This document shows, piece after piece, positions 51,692 to 62,614 of a DNA stretch of 64,000 nucleotides. This stretch comes from Coleofasciculus chthonoplastes F2-STO-03. Its GTDB lineage: Bacteria > Cyanobacteriota > Cyanobacteriia > Cyanobacteriales > Coleofasciculaceae. Location of the stretch: the NCBI GenBank assembly GCA_040222015.1, contig JAVJWO010000130.1, positions 64,001 to 128,000 of the forward strand, given 5' to 3'. The position numbers were made by a program, and so were the translations under genes. Each line of letters begins with the position of its first letter. The stretch's first letter is position 1. The notes beneath the pieces were generated by a model. It was not told the origin of the DNA and made no database searches. It saw nothing but the letters and a program-made list of their open reading frames with translations.

Positions 51692-51914
51692 GAGGGCAAA
51701 TGTCACCAGATTTAGGGTGATTTTGGCTAGGGTGAGATGGACGAGTAGGGTGGGCACTGCCCACCCGCCTTAAGCTGAAGTTCCCCCAAGCAAAAAATTA
51801 AAACTGCTGTTTTATACATTGATTATTTCTTGTTTTGTATCTGCTTGAGATAGTTCGGAAAATTTTGAGGCAAGAACAGGAATAATAGTCCACCATTCAC
51901 GAGATATTACAGGA

Positions 51915-52891
51915 TCAGCATTTGCAGAATAAATTGGTTTTGATTGCCAATTTGACGGCGAGTTTCTGTGACAATATATCGGCTTCCGCCAAAAGTTCAT
52001 CCAGCCAAGTTGGGTTAAAAACTTCCCTTAAAATCCGGTTAGTGACTCTTAACTTTCCCTGCTGCTTTACCACTAACCCAGACAGCCGTAATTCCATCTG
52101 TTCTGGGGTGTCCTTGGCTTTCACTTTTCCTTGGTGTAAAATCTGTTGATACAGCAGGAGTAAGGGTTTCCGGCGCTGACTCCACTTCATGCGATCGCGT
52201 ATTGTTCTTAAATGTTCCGGTTCATCACAGGCTTCCCAGTTTTCGATGATATTTTCCCGGACTAACGCCTCAATCCCGTTCGCAGATTTAAAAGTATCAG
52301 AGTCTGACTCTTGTACAATTAGTTTACAAAGCTTTTGGGTCAAAAATGGCTGACCCCCTGTCCACTCCAATACCTCAGCAATTACCTGGCTAGGATGGCT
52401 GACAATTGGCTCTAATCCTTGCACCAATGGGTCAACTTCATCAGATATAGCAATAGACACATCGATTAGGACGTTCGGCACCATTGTAGAGACGCGCCAT
52501 GGCGCGTCTCTACATAAATGATGTGTCCTAACAGCCATGGCGGTTGCTATAACACAGAGCGATCGCGCCACCAGTTGCTAAAGTTAATTTTCCGAGAAAG
52601 TCGAAACCCGCGCAATAACTCAGACACCAATCCGCCATACCATTCTTCTGGTGTCACATGGCTACCAATGCGAGTCATATCAATCGCGGCACATTTAACC
52701 CCTTGGACTTTTAGCTTCTTTGTCATCTGCACCCGCAAGCTAGATTTGCCCATCTGTCGGGAGTTGAGAACGTAACAGAATTCCCCATTCATTAATCCCT
52801 GATACAGTTGAGCATCCGCCTGTCGCACCACATACGTTGGATGCTGATACTCTAAACTTCCGCCGACTTTGTAATAGTTACTATCTAGCAT
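51915..52891 (-). pseudogene. AAA_35-type NTPase gene with a MITE at an internal deletion
   Basis: YKVGGSL...YVVRQAD...NSRQMGKSSL breaks at WWRDRSVL and resumes at DEVDPL...WTGGQPFLTQKLC; Walker B region absent. Confidence 0.82.
52446..52551. mobile_element. 106-bp TA-flanked MITE, copy 2
   Basis: Same sequence and orientation as 36278-36383. Confidence 0.85.
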
Positions 52892-53408
52892 AGAGTCATT
52901 TTAGAGCAGTTAGGATTGATAGTAAATTGCTATAGCGTCAGTTAGTGTAATTCCAGTTACAGCACTTTCTCACACTCTGTCGTATAATTTAACGATTTTT
53001 ATTTGATAAAAATGGTGTCCCAAAATTGTTGCGGTTTTTGGGCGCTGTTAAGTCGGTGGACACAATTAAAGTGAACGGTTGAGATTAGGCAACAAGCAAC
53101 ACCTGAACCCTTCGACAGGAATTCGGACGTTCGGCGAACGTCTCAGTCGAACGCTCAGGACATTGCTTACCTCGAATTTCCTCAATTCCACTGAGTTAGA
53201 GAAATCCTCAATTTTCCTCAACTACTTGCTCGAATCAGGAAACATACTGGAACTGAAAAGCCATCCTACCAACAATCGGGTTCTACTCAACTGAGGCATT
53301 TTAGCTGTTTCACAGATGTGTACAACCCGTGAGTCTGTGAATCTTGCTACACAGAACCTTGATGTGTAGAGGTTGACTGCTTCAATGATTCGTTAATAGA
53401 GTCCACTT

Positions 53409-53439
53409 TCACATTTGTAAATAAATGTTACAAATGTGA
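53409..53439. promoter_or_regulatory. Perfect 12-bp inverted repeat, candidate operator
   Basis: TCACATTTGTAA-N7-TTACAAATGTGA. Confidence 0.5.
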
Positions 53440-53947
53440 CCATTCTGCGTAAAAGGAAGGACTGAAATATGAGTAGTCTATAGAATCTCCAAATCACCAA
53501 TGATCTAAATGTGCATAAGTTATCAGCCTTGAGCAATATAGCTGATTAAGCAGCGATAAAGCCGCACTAGAGCAGCACTATAGCCGCAAACAAAAAAAAC
53601 GGGAGCCAAATCTGACCTTGACTCCCAACCATCGTTTAATGTCAACTTCTGATTGTAATGGCAAACGCACATAACCCAAACCCTTTTGTTGAAATAATTC
53701 TCAATCCCGCCACTCAACGAGTTACAGAAAATGCTCCCTTACCCACCCTTTCGGTTCAGTGTTTTGGGCAAGCAAGCTGTGAACACCATGTCAGTGATAC
53801 CTACGATTGTCTCACACAGTTACAACATCATGCCTACCTCATCTTTGATGCTTGGGCGTAATTGTTTTCAGATGATTCTTCAACTTGATTGAAGGGAAAG
53901 ATTTATTTCACCTTAATCCTCGTATCGACACAGGAGGCAATAACAAA

Positions 53948-55552
53948 GTGCTGAGTAAGATTTCTGAAAAAAAGATGCACTCTGTCCGAGTCTTGTTGAC
54001 TCTGGGTTGGTTGGTCTTAATTTTCTCTCTCTTTTATGACCCGATTTCCCATCATTTAACTGATCCGAACACCCTCCTGAGTCCTTTTCGCGATACCCAT
54101 ACTTGTGTATTAGTGCAAGGAAAATGCCTGGAACAAGCCGCCTATCCCATGGGAACCCGCATTTTTTGGGGCATGATTGTTCCCAGTGCGATTATGATTC
54201 TCTTGGTGTTCGGTCATGACACCTGGCGGCGGATTTGTCCACTCTACTTTCTGTCCCAAATTCCCAGGGCATTGGGCTTAAATCCTCGACTGAATATTCG
54301 CAAAAATCGCTGGCTGGCACAAAAACACCTCTATCTACAATTTGCGCTTCTGTTTATTGGTTTGAACTGCCGCATTCTGTTTATTAACTCCGTTCGCACG
54401 GTTTTAGGGCTGTTTTTGCTTCTCACTATTCTCTCAGCAATTACGGTAGTTTTCCTGTACGGAGGACGGAGTTGGTGTCATTATGTCTGTCCCTTTGGCA
54501 TCGTGCAAACTGTTTTCACCGGTCCACGGGGATTATTAAGCTCCCCAGTGCATACAGCAGGACGTCAGAGTATTCCCCAATCCGAGTGCCGCACATTTGA
54601 CAAGACAAAAGGCAAAGAAAAAAGTGCCTGTATCGCCTGCAAGTCTGCTTGTATGGATAAAGATGCCGAAAAATCCTACTGGCACTATCTCAGCCATCCG
54701 GGACGGAAACTGGTGCAATACGGGTATTTGGGTTTAGTGATTGGCTACTTCATTTATTACGGATTGTATGCTGGGAATTTTGACTATTACTTTTCCGGAG
54801 ATTGGGCGCATGAATCGAATCAGTTAGCCACACTTTGGCAACCTGGTTTTTATCTGTTCAATCAGCAAATTCCGATTCCCAAACTCGTGGCTTGTCCGTT
54901 AACCCTGGGGGTTTGTGTGGTAATGAGTTGTCTGATTTGTACGAAATTAGAAAAAGCATACCGGGCTTTTCTCAGACGGCATAACCCCAGTATCAGCCGG
55001 GAACAGGTTCTGCACCGCGTCTTTTCGATTTGCACCTTTTTGGCGTTCAACATTTTCTTTATCTATGGCGGACGTCCAGAAATTCTCCGCTTACCGCTCT
55101 CGGTGCAATTTCTATTCGATGCGTTTGTGGTTATGGTGAGTAGTCTTTGGCTTTATCGCACTTGGAATCGCAGCGCCGAGCAGTATAATCGGGAAAATCT
55201 CACCCAGAGTTTCCGGCGTCAACTGCAAAAGCTGCCAGTGGATTTTTCTCAGGTTTTAGAGGGGCGTTCTTTGGAGAAATTGAAAGCTGATGAACTCTAT
55301 GTTCTGGCGAAAGTCCTACCAAACTTTAGCCAACAGTACCATTTCTCCCTTTACAAAGGAGTCTTGCAGGATGGATTAGAAGAGGGGCGTTTTCAGTCGT
55401 CCCAAAGTCTAGAACCACTTCAAGCTATTCGCCATCAACTGGGATTAAGCGATGAGGATCATTATACGGTTTTGACTGAGCTAGGTGGTGAGCATTCCCA
55501 TCTGTTATATCCTCATCAAAAAACAGAATTTGTTGCCATACAGCAAAGTTGA
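53948..55552 (+). CDS. Membrane 4Fe-4S-binding (polyferredoxin-like) protein
   Basis: WRRICPL, WCHYVCPFG, CIACKSACMD, many TM segments; GGAGG before GTG 53948. Confidence 0.8.
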   Translation: MLSKISEKKMHSVRVLLTLGWLVLIFSLFYDPISHHLTDPNTLLSPFRDTHTCVLVQGKCLEQAAYPMGTRIFWGMIVPSAIMILLVFGHDTWRRICPLYFLSQIPRALGLNPRLNIRKNRWLAQKHLYLQFALLFIGLNCRILFINSVRTVLGLFLLLTILSAITVVFLYGGRSWCHYVCPFGIVQTVFTGPRGLLSSPVHTAGRQSIPQSECRTFDKTKGKEKSACIACKSACMDKDAEKSYWHYLSHPGRKLVQYGYLGLVIGYFIYYGLYAGNFDYYFSGDWAHESNQLATLWQPGFYLFNQQIPIPKLVACPLTLGVCVVMSCLICTKLEKAYRAFLRRHNPSISREQVLHRVFSICTFLAFNIFFIYGGRPEILRLPLSVQFLFDAFVVMVSSLWLYRTWNRSAEQYNRENLTQSFRRQLQKLPVDFSQVLEGRSLEKLKADELYVLAKVLPNFSQQYHFSLYKGVLQDGLEEGRFQSSQSLEPLQAIRHQLGLSDEDHYTVLTELGGEHSHLLYPHQKTEFVAIQQS

Positions 55553-55569
55553 GGAAACCGCAAAAACCC

Positions 55570-55985
55570 TGTAGAGACGTTGCATGCAACGTCTCTACTC
55601 CTAGCTATAATTCATAATTAATAATTCATAATTTGCTGAAAATATTGCCGATATAACTGACAACGAGGAATGACGCGATCGCGCTTTCGCTGAATCAGTC
55701 CCATACTGTATAATTGGTACGCCTGCATAGTTTCAATTCGCACGGGTTCTGTGGCACTAACAACCTGTTTTAATGCGGCGGCTAATTCCGAATTTTCTTT
55801 GAGGAACAAATTTAGTTGGGGATATTGGTTCATCTTCTGACAATCTCATCAACATCGATAGTACAATCCAATTCACCGCTAATGATGGCGTGAATGGAAC
55901 CGAACTCTGGGTTTAGTTGATAGTCTACCGCTGCTAACCCATTCTCCTTCTAGATTGTAGAGACGTTGCCTGCAATGTCTCTACT
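55570..55985. repeat. Two GTAGAGACG...TCTCTAC palindromes
   Basis: About 55570-55597 and 55957-55984; relatives at about 24922 and inside the 106-bp MITE. Confidence 0.8.
55618..55800 (-). pseudogene. C-terminal fragment of an AAA_35-type protein
   Basis: ELAAALKQVV...AYQLYSMGLI...PRCQLYRQYF. Confidence 0.65.
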
Positions 55986-56049
55986 CCAGATATAGACCCC
56001 TCATTTAGCTTTACAGTCACTAATTTCTCATCTACAGGGACTGATTAAT

Positions 56050-59000
56050 TCAGCGTAAGCCTTGGCAGGTAAATGCCGCCCAGAATCGGGGTTGTGAGAA
56101 AGGATGATGTTCATCTGGAGATTTTTTTATAGTCTGAATTTGCTGAATCATTGTATGGTATTTACGATAGTCGCTTTCCCATTTTAAATAGTCTGTTGAA
56201 TCGGGTTGGCATTGGTTGCGCTTATGCCTTGCCTCTTTCCGCTTTACTTCTGCTTGTTGGCAGAATTCTTTGATATCCTCTCGATTTAGCAGTTCGTCTT
56301 TCTGGAGTTTTCTTAATTTGATTTGAGCCTGTCGCAGCGCTTCCGGACGATTTTTTCCCTGTTTTCGCTGTTGATAGTAAAAAATAGAGAATAAAGCTGT
56401 AGCTAAATCAGCCACTGACCAAAGAGTGCTAACCACACTTCTCGCCCCGGCACATAAAAATCCAGTCGAGAGAGTGAGACTATCATCAGTGATTTCTGGC
56501 AATCCTAAACCTGTTTCGCAGCAGGAGAGAAAGACATCGAATAAATCATGTAAACGCCATCCCGGTGTCATTAATTGCCCTAATGTAATATGACCATCCG
56601 CTAATTTTAATACCGATTCCAATGGATTATCCAGGCGAAATTCGGCATGGTGACTGGAGTGAATCACTTGGACTTGATTGACCAGTTGGCGATAATTTTT
56701 AACCGTGGCTTGAGTCTTCCCCTTTAATCGTAGATTATCGGGAATATTATGTAACCTGGCGATTTGTTCGCCTTCAAAACTGGCAAAAGGCAGGTCATCT
56801 GTGGCATCTTCAACTGTGCCATATTGGGTTGCAGGTAATATCTCTACATCCTGATCGCGGCGTTGGTGGCAAAATTTTAAGATTTGGCAACTGGGGGTAT
56901 AACGAATAAGAAATTTGTCTCCGAAATAGTCTCGACTTGCACCATTCTTTGAGTCGGGAGAAGAGTTCGGAATCGGTAAAGCCGCAAAGGGAATTTGATG
57001 CAATAATAAGTGAGGAATGATAATCAGTTCGTCAATACCGTTTAAATGGTTGGTAATCAGTTCAGTCAGTTGCAGGCGTTGAGAGAGTTCGTTGAGAAAT
57101 GTGTTGATATTGCTTTTCCAATTCAAATTATTCTCAATATAAGGTTGTAACCAGTTCTGAGAAATCCAAGCTTGCAGGGTATTAATTCCTTGACCGGGAC
57201 AAGTCTGAAGCGTCAGTTTATTTTGTCGTAGAATGAATAAATGTAGGTCGTTAGTCGTTGTATAGAAACTCAGAATAGCAGTAGTCGGTTCGTCAATAAG
57301 TTGTTGTATCTGAGCAAAATTAGGCGCATCAACTTTAATTTCTCCAGCTAGTACGGGGTCAAGGCGTCTCAGTTGTTCCCAGACGTGCAGTTTTTCAGCT
57401 TCTAAGGATGCGATCGCGTCGTTTTCGGCTTGGAATGCAGCGCGGTTTTTGCGATTGCTATCCATCCCCATCAGTTCTCGATTATTACTGGATTTATTTT
57501 GCCTTCGTTCTTGGTCAATGCGCTGTTGCAAATTATCAAACTTTTGCAACAATTCCTTGACATTAGGGGCAATTTCATCACTTTGGTAAAGGTCATTACT
57601 TGCCATTAAATCGACCAAACGTTTAGCCCGCGATCGCTCGACGGTTTCCAGGGCTTTTTCTAATTGTCCAGCATTGATACAAGCTTGTACCATATTGTGA
57701 TAGATATGAAAGGCTTCTGCCGAAATCTCTTGACGGCGAGATTCAGACGTTGCCCAACTGCGGCTGGTTTCTACAGCTTCAATGGCAATACCGTATCCCT
57801 CAATAGATTCTGCCCAACGCTTTGCCTTTGCCGCAATCTCACCGAATTGGCGTGCAGCTATGAAGCACTCCGCAGGAAATGCGGTTGGTGTAAAAACTTC
57901 TAAAGCTAACCGACAACAAGCGATCGCTTCCTCAATTTGCCCTAGATTTGTATAGGCAATAGCCAGATTATTTTGGTTTTTAGCCCAATAATCGGGAAAA
58001 GCATCATGATTAAAGACTTGAGAGGCAGCTTGGTAAGCTGTCATTGCTTTCTCTAAGTTTTCTGTCCGATTGCCGCGAATTCGTTCACTGTAGACAAGTC
58101 CCAAATTTTTTTGAGCCATTGCCCATTCTCTGGGAAACATCTCTTGGCTGTAAACTTGTAAAGTAGCTTCATAAGCGGCGATCGCTCGTTCCTGATGCTC
58201 GGCATCGTATGTCCGCTTCGAGTAAACCATGCCTAGATTGTTTTGAATCGCCGCCCATTCTCTAGGAAATTCCTCTTTAGTGGCGACTTGTAAGGCAGAT
58301 TTGTATGCAGCAATAGCTATTTCCAGATTTTCTGCCAGATTCCCCCGAATCCGATCACGGTAAGCATTAGCCAGATTCATTTGTGTCTGCACCCATTCCT
58401 GGGGAAACGCCTCCCGGGTATGAACTTGCAAGGCGGCTTGACAGTAGGCGATCGCTTTTTCCAGATTTTCCGATCGATCTCCGCGAATTCGTTCCTGATA
58501 GGTAACTGCCAACGTGTTTTGAGCATTTGCCCACTCTTTAGGAAACATCTCCTTAGTATAGATTTCCAGTGCGGCTTCGATATACTCAATGGCTACTTCC
58601 AAGTTTTCTGCGCGATTTCCCCGAATTCTATGAAGATAGGTATCTCCAAAATTATGTTGCAGCTTTGCCCATTCTGAGGGTATTGTCTCACGGGTGCAGA
58701 CGTCTAAAGCTGCTTGAAAGTGTCGGATTGCCTCTTCCAAGTTATCAGCTTTTTGTCCCAAGACTCGGTTGCTGTAAGCCCCTCCTAAATTATTGTGAAT
58801 CCCTGCCCAGAGTTGAGGAATTTTTTTTCGGGTATCAATTGTCAATGCTTGTTTACCAACCCAAATAGCTTTTTCTAAGTTCTCAACTCTATTTCCACGT
58901 ATCCGGTTCGTGTAAGCCAAAATCAAATTATTTAGAAGTTGTGACCAAAGTAGCTTTTCATCAAACTTTATTGCCTGACTGAACATTTCAGAAACAATTT

Positions 59001-59328
59001 CATAACCTTTTATGGCAATCTCTAAATTGATAGCCCTATTGCCTAGTGGAAATTGCATCAGCAATGTGTTAAAGTATATAATTTTTAACGAGATAAATCG
59101 TGCGGTTTTAGACTCATCTTTCCGTAGAGTAGTATCTGCCCACTTGCAAAACTGCTGTAAAAAATCATCATTCAGTTTATGTGAGTTAGCTTGTAGCAGT
59201 GAATATACTATTTCTAAATCATCCGGGCTTTGTCCAATTGCCCCCAATACCTCAGTTAAGAAAGAAGGAGGCTCTATTTTACGTTTTTTGTGTTTTTTAT
59301 TTTTATTAGTGCCAAATCCTTTTGCCAT
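56050..59328 (-). CDS. TPR-repeat CHAT (caspase-like) protease
   Basis: Repeats FP.EWA..QNNL...RIRG...ENLE.AI; IIPHLLLHQIPF, IHSSHHA, FLSCCETG, TLWSVAD, WAAF. Confidence 0.92.
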   Translation of the reverse strand: MAKGFGTNKNKKHKKRKIEPPSFLTEVLGAIGQSPDDLEIVYSLLQANSHKLNDDFLQQFCKWADTTLRKDESKTARFISLKIIYFNTLLMQFPLGNRAINLEIAIKGYEIVSEMFSQAIKFDEKLLWSQLLNNLILAYTNRIRGNRVENLEKAIWVGKQALTIDTRKKIPQLWAGIHNNLGGAYSNRVLGQKADNLEEAIRHFQAALDVCTRETIPSEWAKLQHNFGDTYLHRIRGNRAENLEVAIEYIEAALEIYTKEMFPKEWANAQNTLAVTYQERIRGDRSENLEKAIAYCQAALQVHTREAFPQEWVQTQMNLANAYRDRIRGNLAENLEIAIAAYKSALQVATKEEFPREWAAIQNNLGMVYSKRTYDAEHQERAIAAYEATLQVYSQEMFPREWAMAQKNLGLVYSERIRGNRTENLEKAMTAYQAASQVFNHDAFPDYWAKNQNNLAIAYTNLGQIEEAIACCRLALEVFTPTAFPAECFIAARQFGEIAAKAKRWAESIEGYGIAIEAVETSRSWATSESRRQEISAEAFHIYHNMVQACINAGQLEKALETVERSRAKRLVDLMASNDLYQSDEIAPNVKELLQKFDNLQQRIDQERRQNKSSNNRELMGMDSNRKNRAAFQAENDAIASLEAEKLHVWEQLRRLDPVLAGEIKVDAPNFAQIQQLIDEPTTAILSFYTTTNDLHLFILRQNKLTLQTCPGQGINTLQAWISQNWLQPYIENNLNWKSNINTFLNELSQRLQLTELITNHLNGIDELIIIPHLLLHQIPFAALPIPNSSPDSKNGASRDYFGDKFLIRYTPSCQILKFCHQRRDQDVEILPATQYGTVEDATDDLPFASFEGEQIARLHNIPDNLRLKGKTQATVKNYRQLVNQVQVIHSSHHAEFRLDNPLESVLKLADGHITLGQLMTPGWRLHDLFDVFLSCCETGLGLPEITDDSLTLSTGFLCAGARSVVSTLWSVADLATALFSIFYYQQRKQGKNRPEALRQAQIKLRKLQKDELLNREDIKEFCQQAEVKRKEARHKRNQCQPDSTDYLKWESDYRKYHTMIQQIQTIKKSPDEHHPFSQPRFWAAFTCQGLR

Positions 59329-59464
59329 ATCAATTCAATTTTCTGCCAATTGACTAAGTTTTTTATTGCTGATCTAGTTCATTCGCAATCTCAGAGATAT
59401 TAGGATAATTTATTTCCTGAAAATTAACGGTATATAATAATTAAAATTTAACTCTTTTATTAAT

Positions 59465-59701
<237 letters not shown>

Positions 59702-59823
59702 TTATAAATTATAGCGACAAAAACTCAGATATTGCACCAATGGCAACCCATTATTCGTAGGGGCGCACCGACGTGCGCCCTCGACGTGCGCCCTTTTCTT
59801 CCCTGAAAGCAGATCCATTCACT

Positions 59824-60390
59824 TCAATTCCCCATAATTCTCCATTCTCTTTCTTTCAATTCCGCTAATTTCTCCAACAAACTTTCAGCTAAATCAAATA
59901 ACTTAAACTCATCTTCCTCATCCCCAGAATCGCGAGTCATCTCTCCCACAGTAACCCCACCTGCCAAAATCGCGATCGCTTCATGCAACCTATCCGATTC
60001 ATCAGCAATACTTAAACAGCCTTCCAACCGGGCAATAATTTGAGCTAATCCCTCAGTTTCCCGTTGCTGCTGCACTCGCATTGCTAAGGGATGATCACTG
60101 TCTCGCGCCCAGACTGCGGCGGGATAATCACTCGCCAAAAAAGCACCGATAAATTCGACAATTGAGGTATCAATAAATGTTTCTTCCGATGCTAAAGTAA
60201 CAGAATTTTCTACCGTTGTTTCATCATCATCCCATCTGTCTAGCCAATCTCCCTCGATATCCTCAATATACAAATTCACAAAATCAAGTCCATGAGTCAG
60301 CCAATCCTGCTGCATTTTGCGGGATTTTTCCAGCGCTTCAGAAAAAGCGCCTAAGTCATCATGACTGTAATTTTGTTGTTTGGTGACCAT
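59824..60390 (-). CDS. Acidic hypothetical protein
   Basis: 188-aa ORF rich in D/E, co-oriented behind 60453-61145. Confidence 0.65.
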   Translation of the reverse strand: MVTKQQNYSHDDLGAFSEALEKSRKMQQDWLTHGLDFVNLYIEDIEGDWLDRWDDDETTVENSVTLASEETFIDTSIVEFIGAFLASDYPAAVWARDSDHPLAMRVQQQRETEGLAQIIARLEGCLSIADESDRLHEAIAILAGGVTVGEMTRDSGDEEDEFKLFDLAESLLEKLAELKEREWRIMGN

Positions 60391-60452
60391 AACTTAGATA
60401 GAAAATTCCGTTTGTGCTAAAAAATTTCGGTCGTCAGCACCAATCTACCCCG

Positions 60453-61145
60453 TTAGGGAAATTGGAGATAACGTCCCAGGGGAAGAAAGTCACTGTTATG
60501 AAGTGTTATTGTTACTAACTGCTCCAAAAAATCGGGTTTTTCAGGGTTATAACTGAGGAAAAGTCCTCGATCAATTACCCACATTTGTAGCGTATCCTGC
60601 CAATTTTCATATTTTTTTTGAGCATAGTTATTACTCACAGTTGTTACCTGAAGGCAGAGTGGCTTTCTTTGACGATAACTAACAATCAGATCCGTTGCCA
60701 TAGAGAAATCGGCGATATAGCGTCGCCAAACTGTACCCCCTCGACTCTCAATTGTTTGAGCTATAGAGTTAAGGATATCATCGTCCGTTTGACTAAATTC
60801 GCATGACATCAATTTTTGTTTCCAAATATAAAACTTTGGATCATTGCTATTTAGCCATAGGGGAAAAAGATAACGATACCAATATCGTTCCGTGGGCGTC
60901 ATTTGCTCAAAAGCAGAGTCCTGCAACTCTGGAGAGGTTAAGCTTTTAATCTTAAGCCAAACGTCAGCATCTCGAATCACCTCTAACAAAAACGCCATGA
61001 CAAATTTTTTGGCAGTAAGGGAACCTGGCTTGACGTCTTTCACCCAGCGGTTGATCTCATCTAACCGTTTCGCTAAACAGGGTTCTATCGATGATGCTTT
61101 TTTCATTAGGGATTTGAGTTGATCCTTGATTTCTAGGGGATGCAC
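60453..61145 (-). CDS. Hypothetical protein with possible restriction-endonuclease-like C-terminal domain
   Basis: 230-aa ORF; D...ATDLIV......LCLQVT pattern. Confidence 0.65.
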   Translation of the reverse strand: MHPLEIKDQLKSLMKKASSIEPCLAKRLDEINRWVKDVKPGSLTAKKFVMAFLLEVIRDADVWLKIKSLTSPELQDSAFEQMTPTERYWYRYLFPLWLNSNDPKFYIWKQKLMSCEFSQTDDDILNSIAQTIESRGGTVWRRYIADFSMATDLIVSYRQRKPLCLQVTTVSNNYAQKKYENWQDTLQMWVIDRGLFLSYNPEKPDFLEQLVTITLHNSDFLPLGRYLQFP

Positions 61146-61498
61146 ATGATTGCTCTATTTGTCGATAACGGGATGATGGTTGAATTTATTATATCTCACT
61201 TCGTCCCAAGTCTCTACTTGATTCGCCATTAATTAAATTAACATAAAGAAACGCTGTATTGAGCAAAAATTGGACTTAGGGTCAGGGCGGGTTTATTCAC
61301 TTGGTAAGATCTCGCCGTAGCTAAGAGTAAAACCCGCCCCTACAAATCAACCTTTTGATTGAAGGGTGTGATGCAAGCGTTGATGGCGAAGACAGCGCCT
61401 ACTACAAACGGCGCGATCGCACACAAGAAGGCGAGGATGGCAGCGAACCCTAGACGCCTTAAATTAGAACTAGCCAATACCTGGATCATTTCTGTTGC

Positions 61499-62107
61499 TT
61501 ATTCAGATTGCTGGGACTGTAGCCAATTGAGCAATACTTGAGTGCTACTAAAATAATTGGTAATCCCCACATTTCCCAACGCGGCTTGAACTTCAGGTGT
61601 ACCAAAGTCCCGTTCATTACTACTCAAAAATACTTGAGTTTCCGTCTGGTAAGATTGAGCCTGATGTAGAATACAGTGAAGAATCAGATTATCTGTATAA
61701 TCTTGATCAATTAAAGAAATAGTTAAACCATCTTGGATTATGGACGGCGTTAAAGCAATGAGTTCGGCTTTTTCAGATATCTGGTTAAGCGCTTGAAACA
61801 GACGCATTTTAATCTCTGTAAGTAGCTGCTCATTTTCCGTTTTAGACTCCATTAAAAGCGCCAACATAGACCTGGCATTAGATGAGGTTACATCTCGCCG
61901 TAACTGACTGATTTGCAAATTTAGTTCATTTTCAAAACGTCGGCGGTATTTTTGTTCATTTTCCAACGCTGATAAGGATTCCATTAAACAAATACTTGGC
62001 ATGACTAGCTGCACCGATGATGGCGTATTTTGCAGCAATGTAGTCGCTAATAAATCACGCCCCGTACAAATACTCATGAGAAAGTTCGTCTCTAAGTATA
62101 GTATCAC
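61499..62107 (-). CDS. PIN-domain protein
   Basis: ILYLETNFL, ICLMES, TDNLIL, FLSSNERDF. Confidence 0.75.
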   Translation of the reverse strand: MILYLETNFLMSICTGRDLLATTLLQNTPSSVQLVMPSICLMESLSALENEQKYRRRFENELNLQISQLRRDVTSSNARSMLALLMESKTENEQLLTEIKMRLFQALNQISEKAELIALTPSIIQDGLTISLIDQDYTDNLILHCILHQAQSYQTETQVFLSSNERDFGTPEVQAALGNVGITNYFSSTQVLLNWLQSQQSE

Positions 62108-62588
62108 CTGAAATTTCTACCTCACGTTTGGTGCTACCTTCGTCTAGTCGTTTTAATAAACCAATAGCTGCTAATTCTTCTGATGCTGGCGGTGTTTCTA
62201 ACTTCCAGTGGAAGGCTAAATCGTCCAGCCATGCTAGAAGTAGCGTTTCTAAGTAACCTCCAGTTATCTGTTGATGCTGATAGTCACGCTTATAGCTATC
62301 AAAGTCCCTAATATAGGGTTTTACCACATCAGTGGTCTTTAGGGAATAGATAGCCTCAGACCAATTGACGCCATCCCATTGAACAATTTGAATCGTTTCG
62401 GGGTCAACTAGCATCGCGAATGGAACGACGGTTTGTGTGGCTTTTAGGTAGGACTTAAATTGAGAGAGGGTAAGCTTAACCACACGGCTACCTCTGACAT
62501 CAGCAACTAGAATAACTCGTCCCTGTTTGTCTAAGGCAATTACATCAGCAGAGATTTGATGGCGGAATATGGGATTGGCAGTTTCCAT
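62055..62588 (-). CDS. Hypothetical protein with degenerate PD-(D/E)XK-like fold, overlapping the PIN gene
   Basis: ADVIALDKQGRVILVADVR, PFAMLVD, WLDDLAFHWK. Confidence 0.6.
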   Translation of the reverse strand: METANPIFRHQISADVIALDKQGRVILVADVRGSRVVKLTLSQFKSYLKATQTVVPFAMLVDPETIQIVQWDGVNWSEAIYSLKTTDVVKPYIRDFDSYKRDYQHQQITGGYLETLLLAWLDDLAFHWKLETPPASEELAAIGLLKRLDEGSTKREVEISGDTILRDELSHEYLYGA

Positions 62589-62614
62589 AGGGTTGATTGG
62601 TGATGGGTGATTGG

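Noticed and set aside
36175..52551. Integrase-driven island at tRNA-Ala
   Set aside because: No integrase gene and no duplicated tRNA 3' end found by eye
51915..52571. 218-aa ORF as an intact gene
   Set aside because: Its N-terminal part is read through MITE sequence; it is half of a pseudogene
53048..53300. Possible IS end or remnant
   Set aside because: No matching second end or transposase fragment recognised
61340..61489. 49-aa hydrophobic minus-strand ORF after the PIN gene
   Set aside because: Too short, no motif, and its stop lies inside a REP-like palindrome
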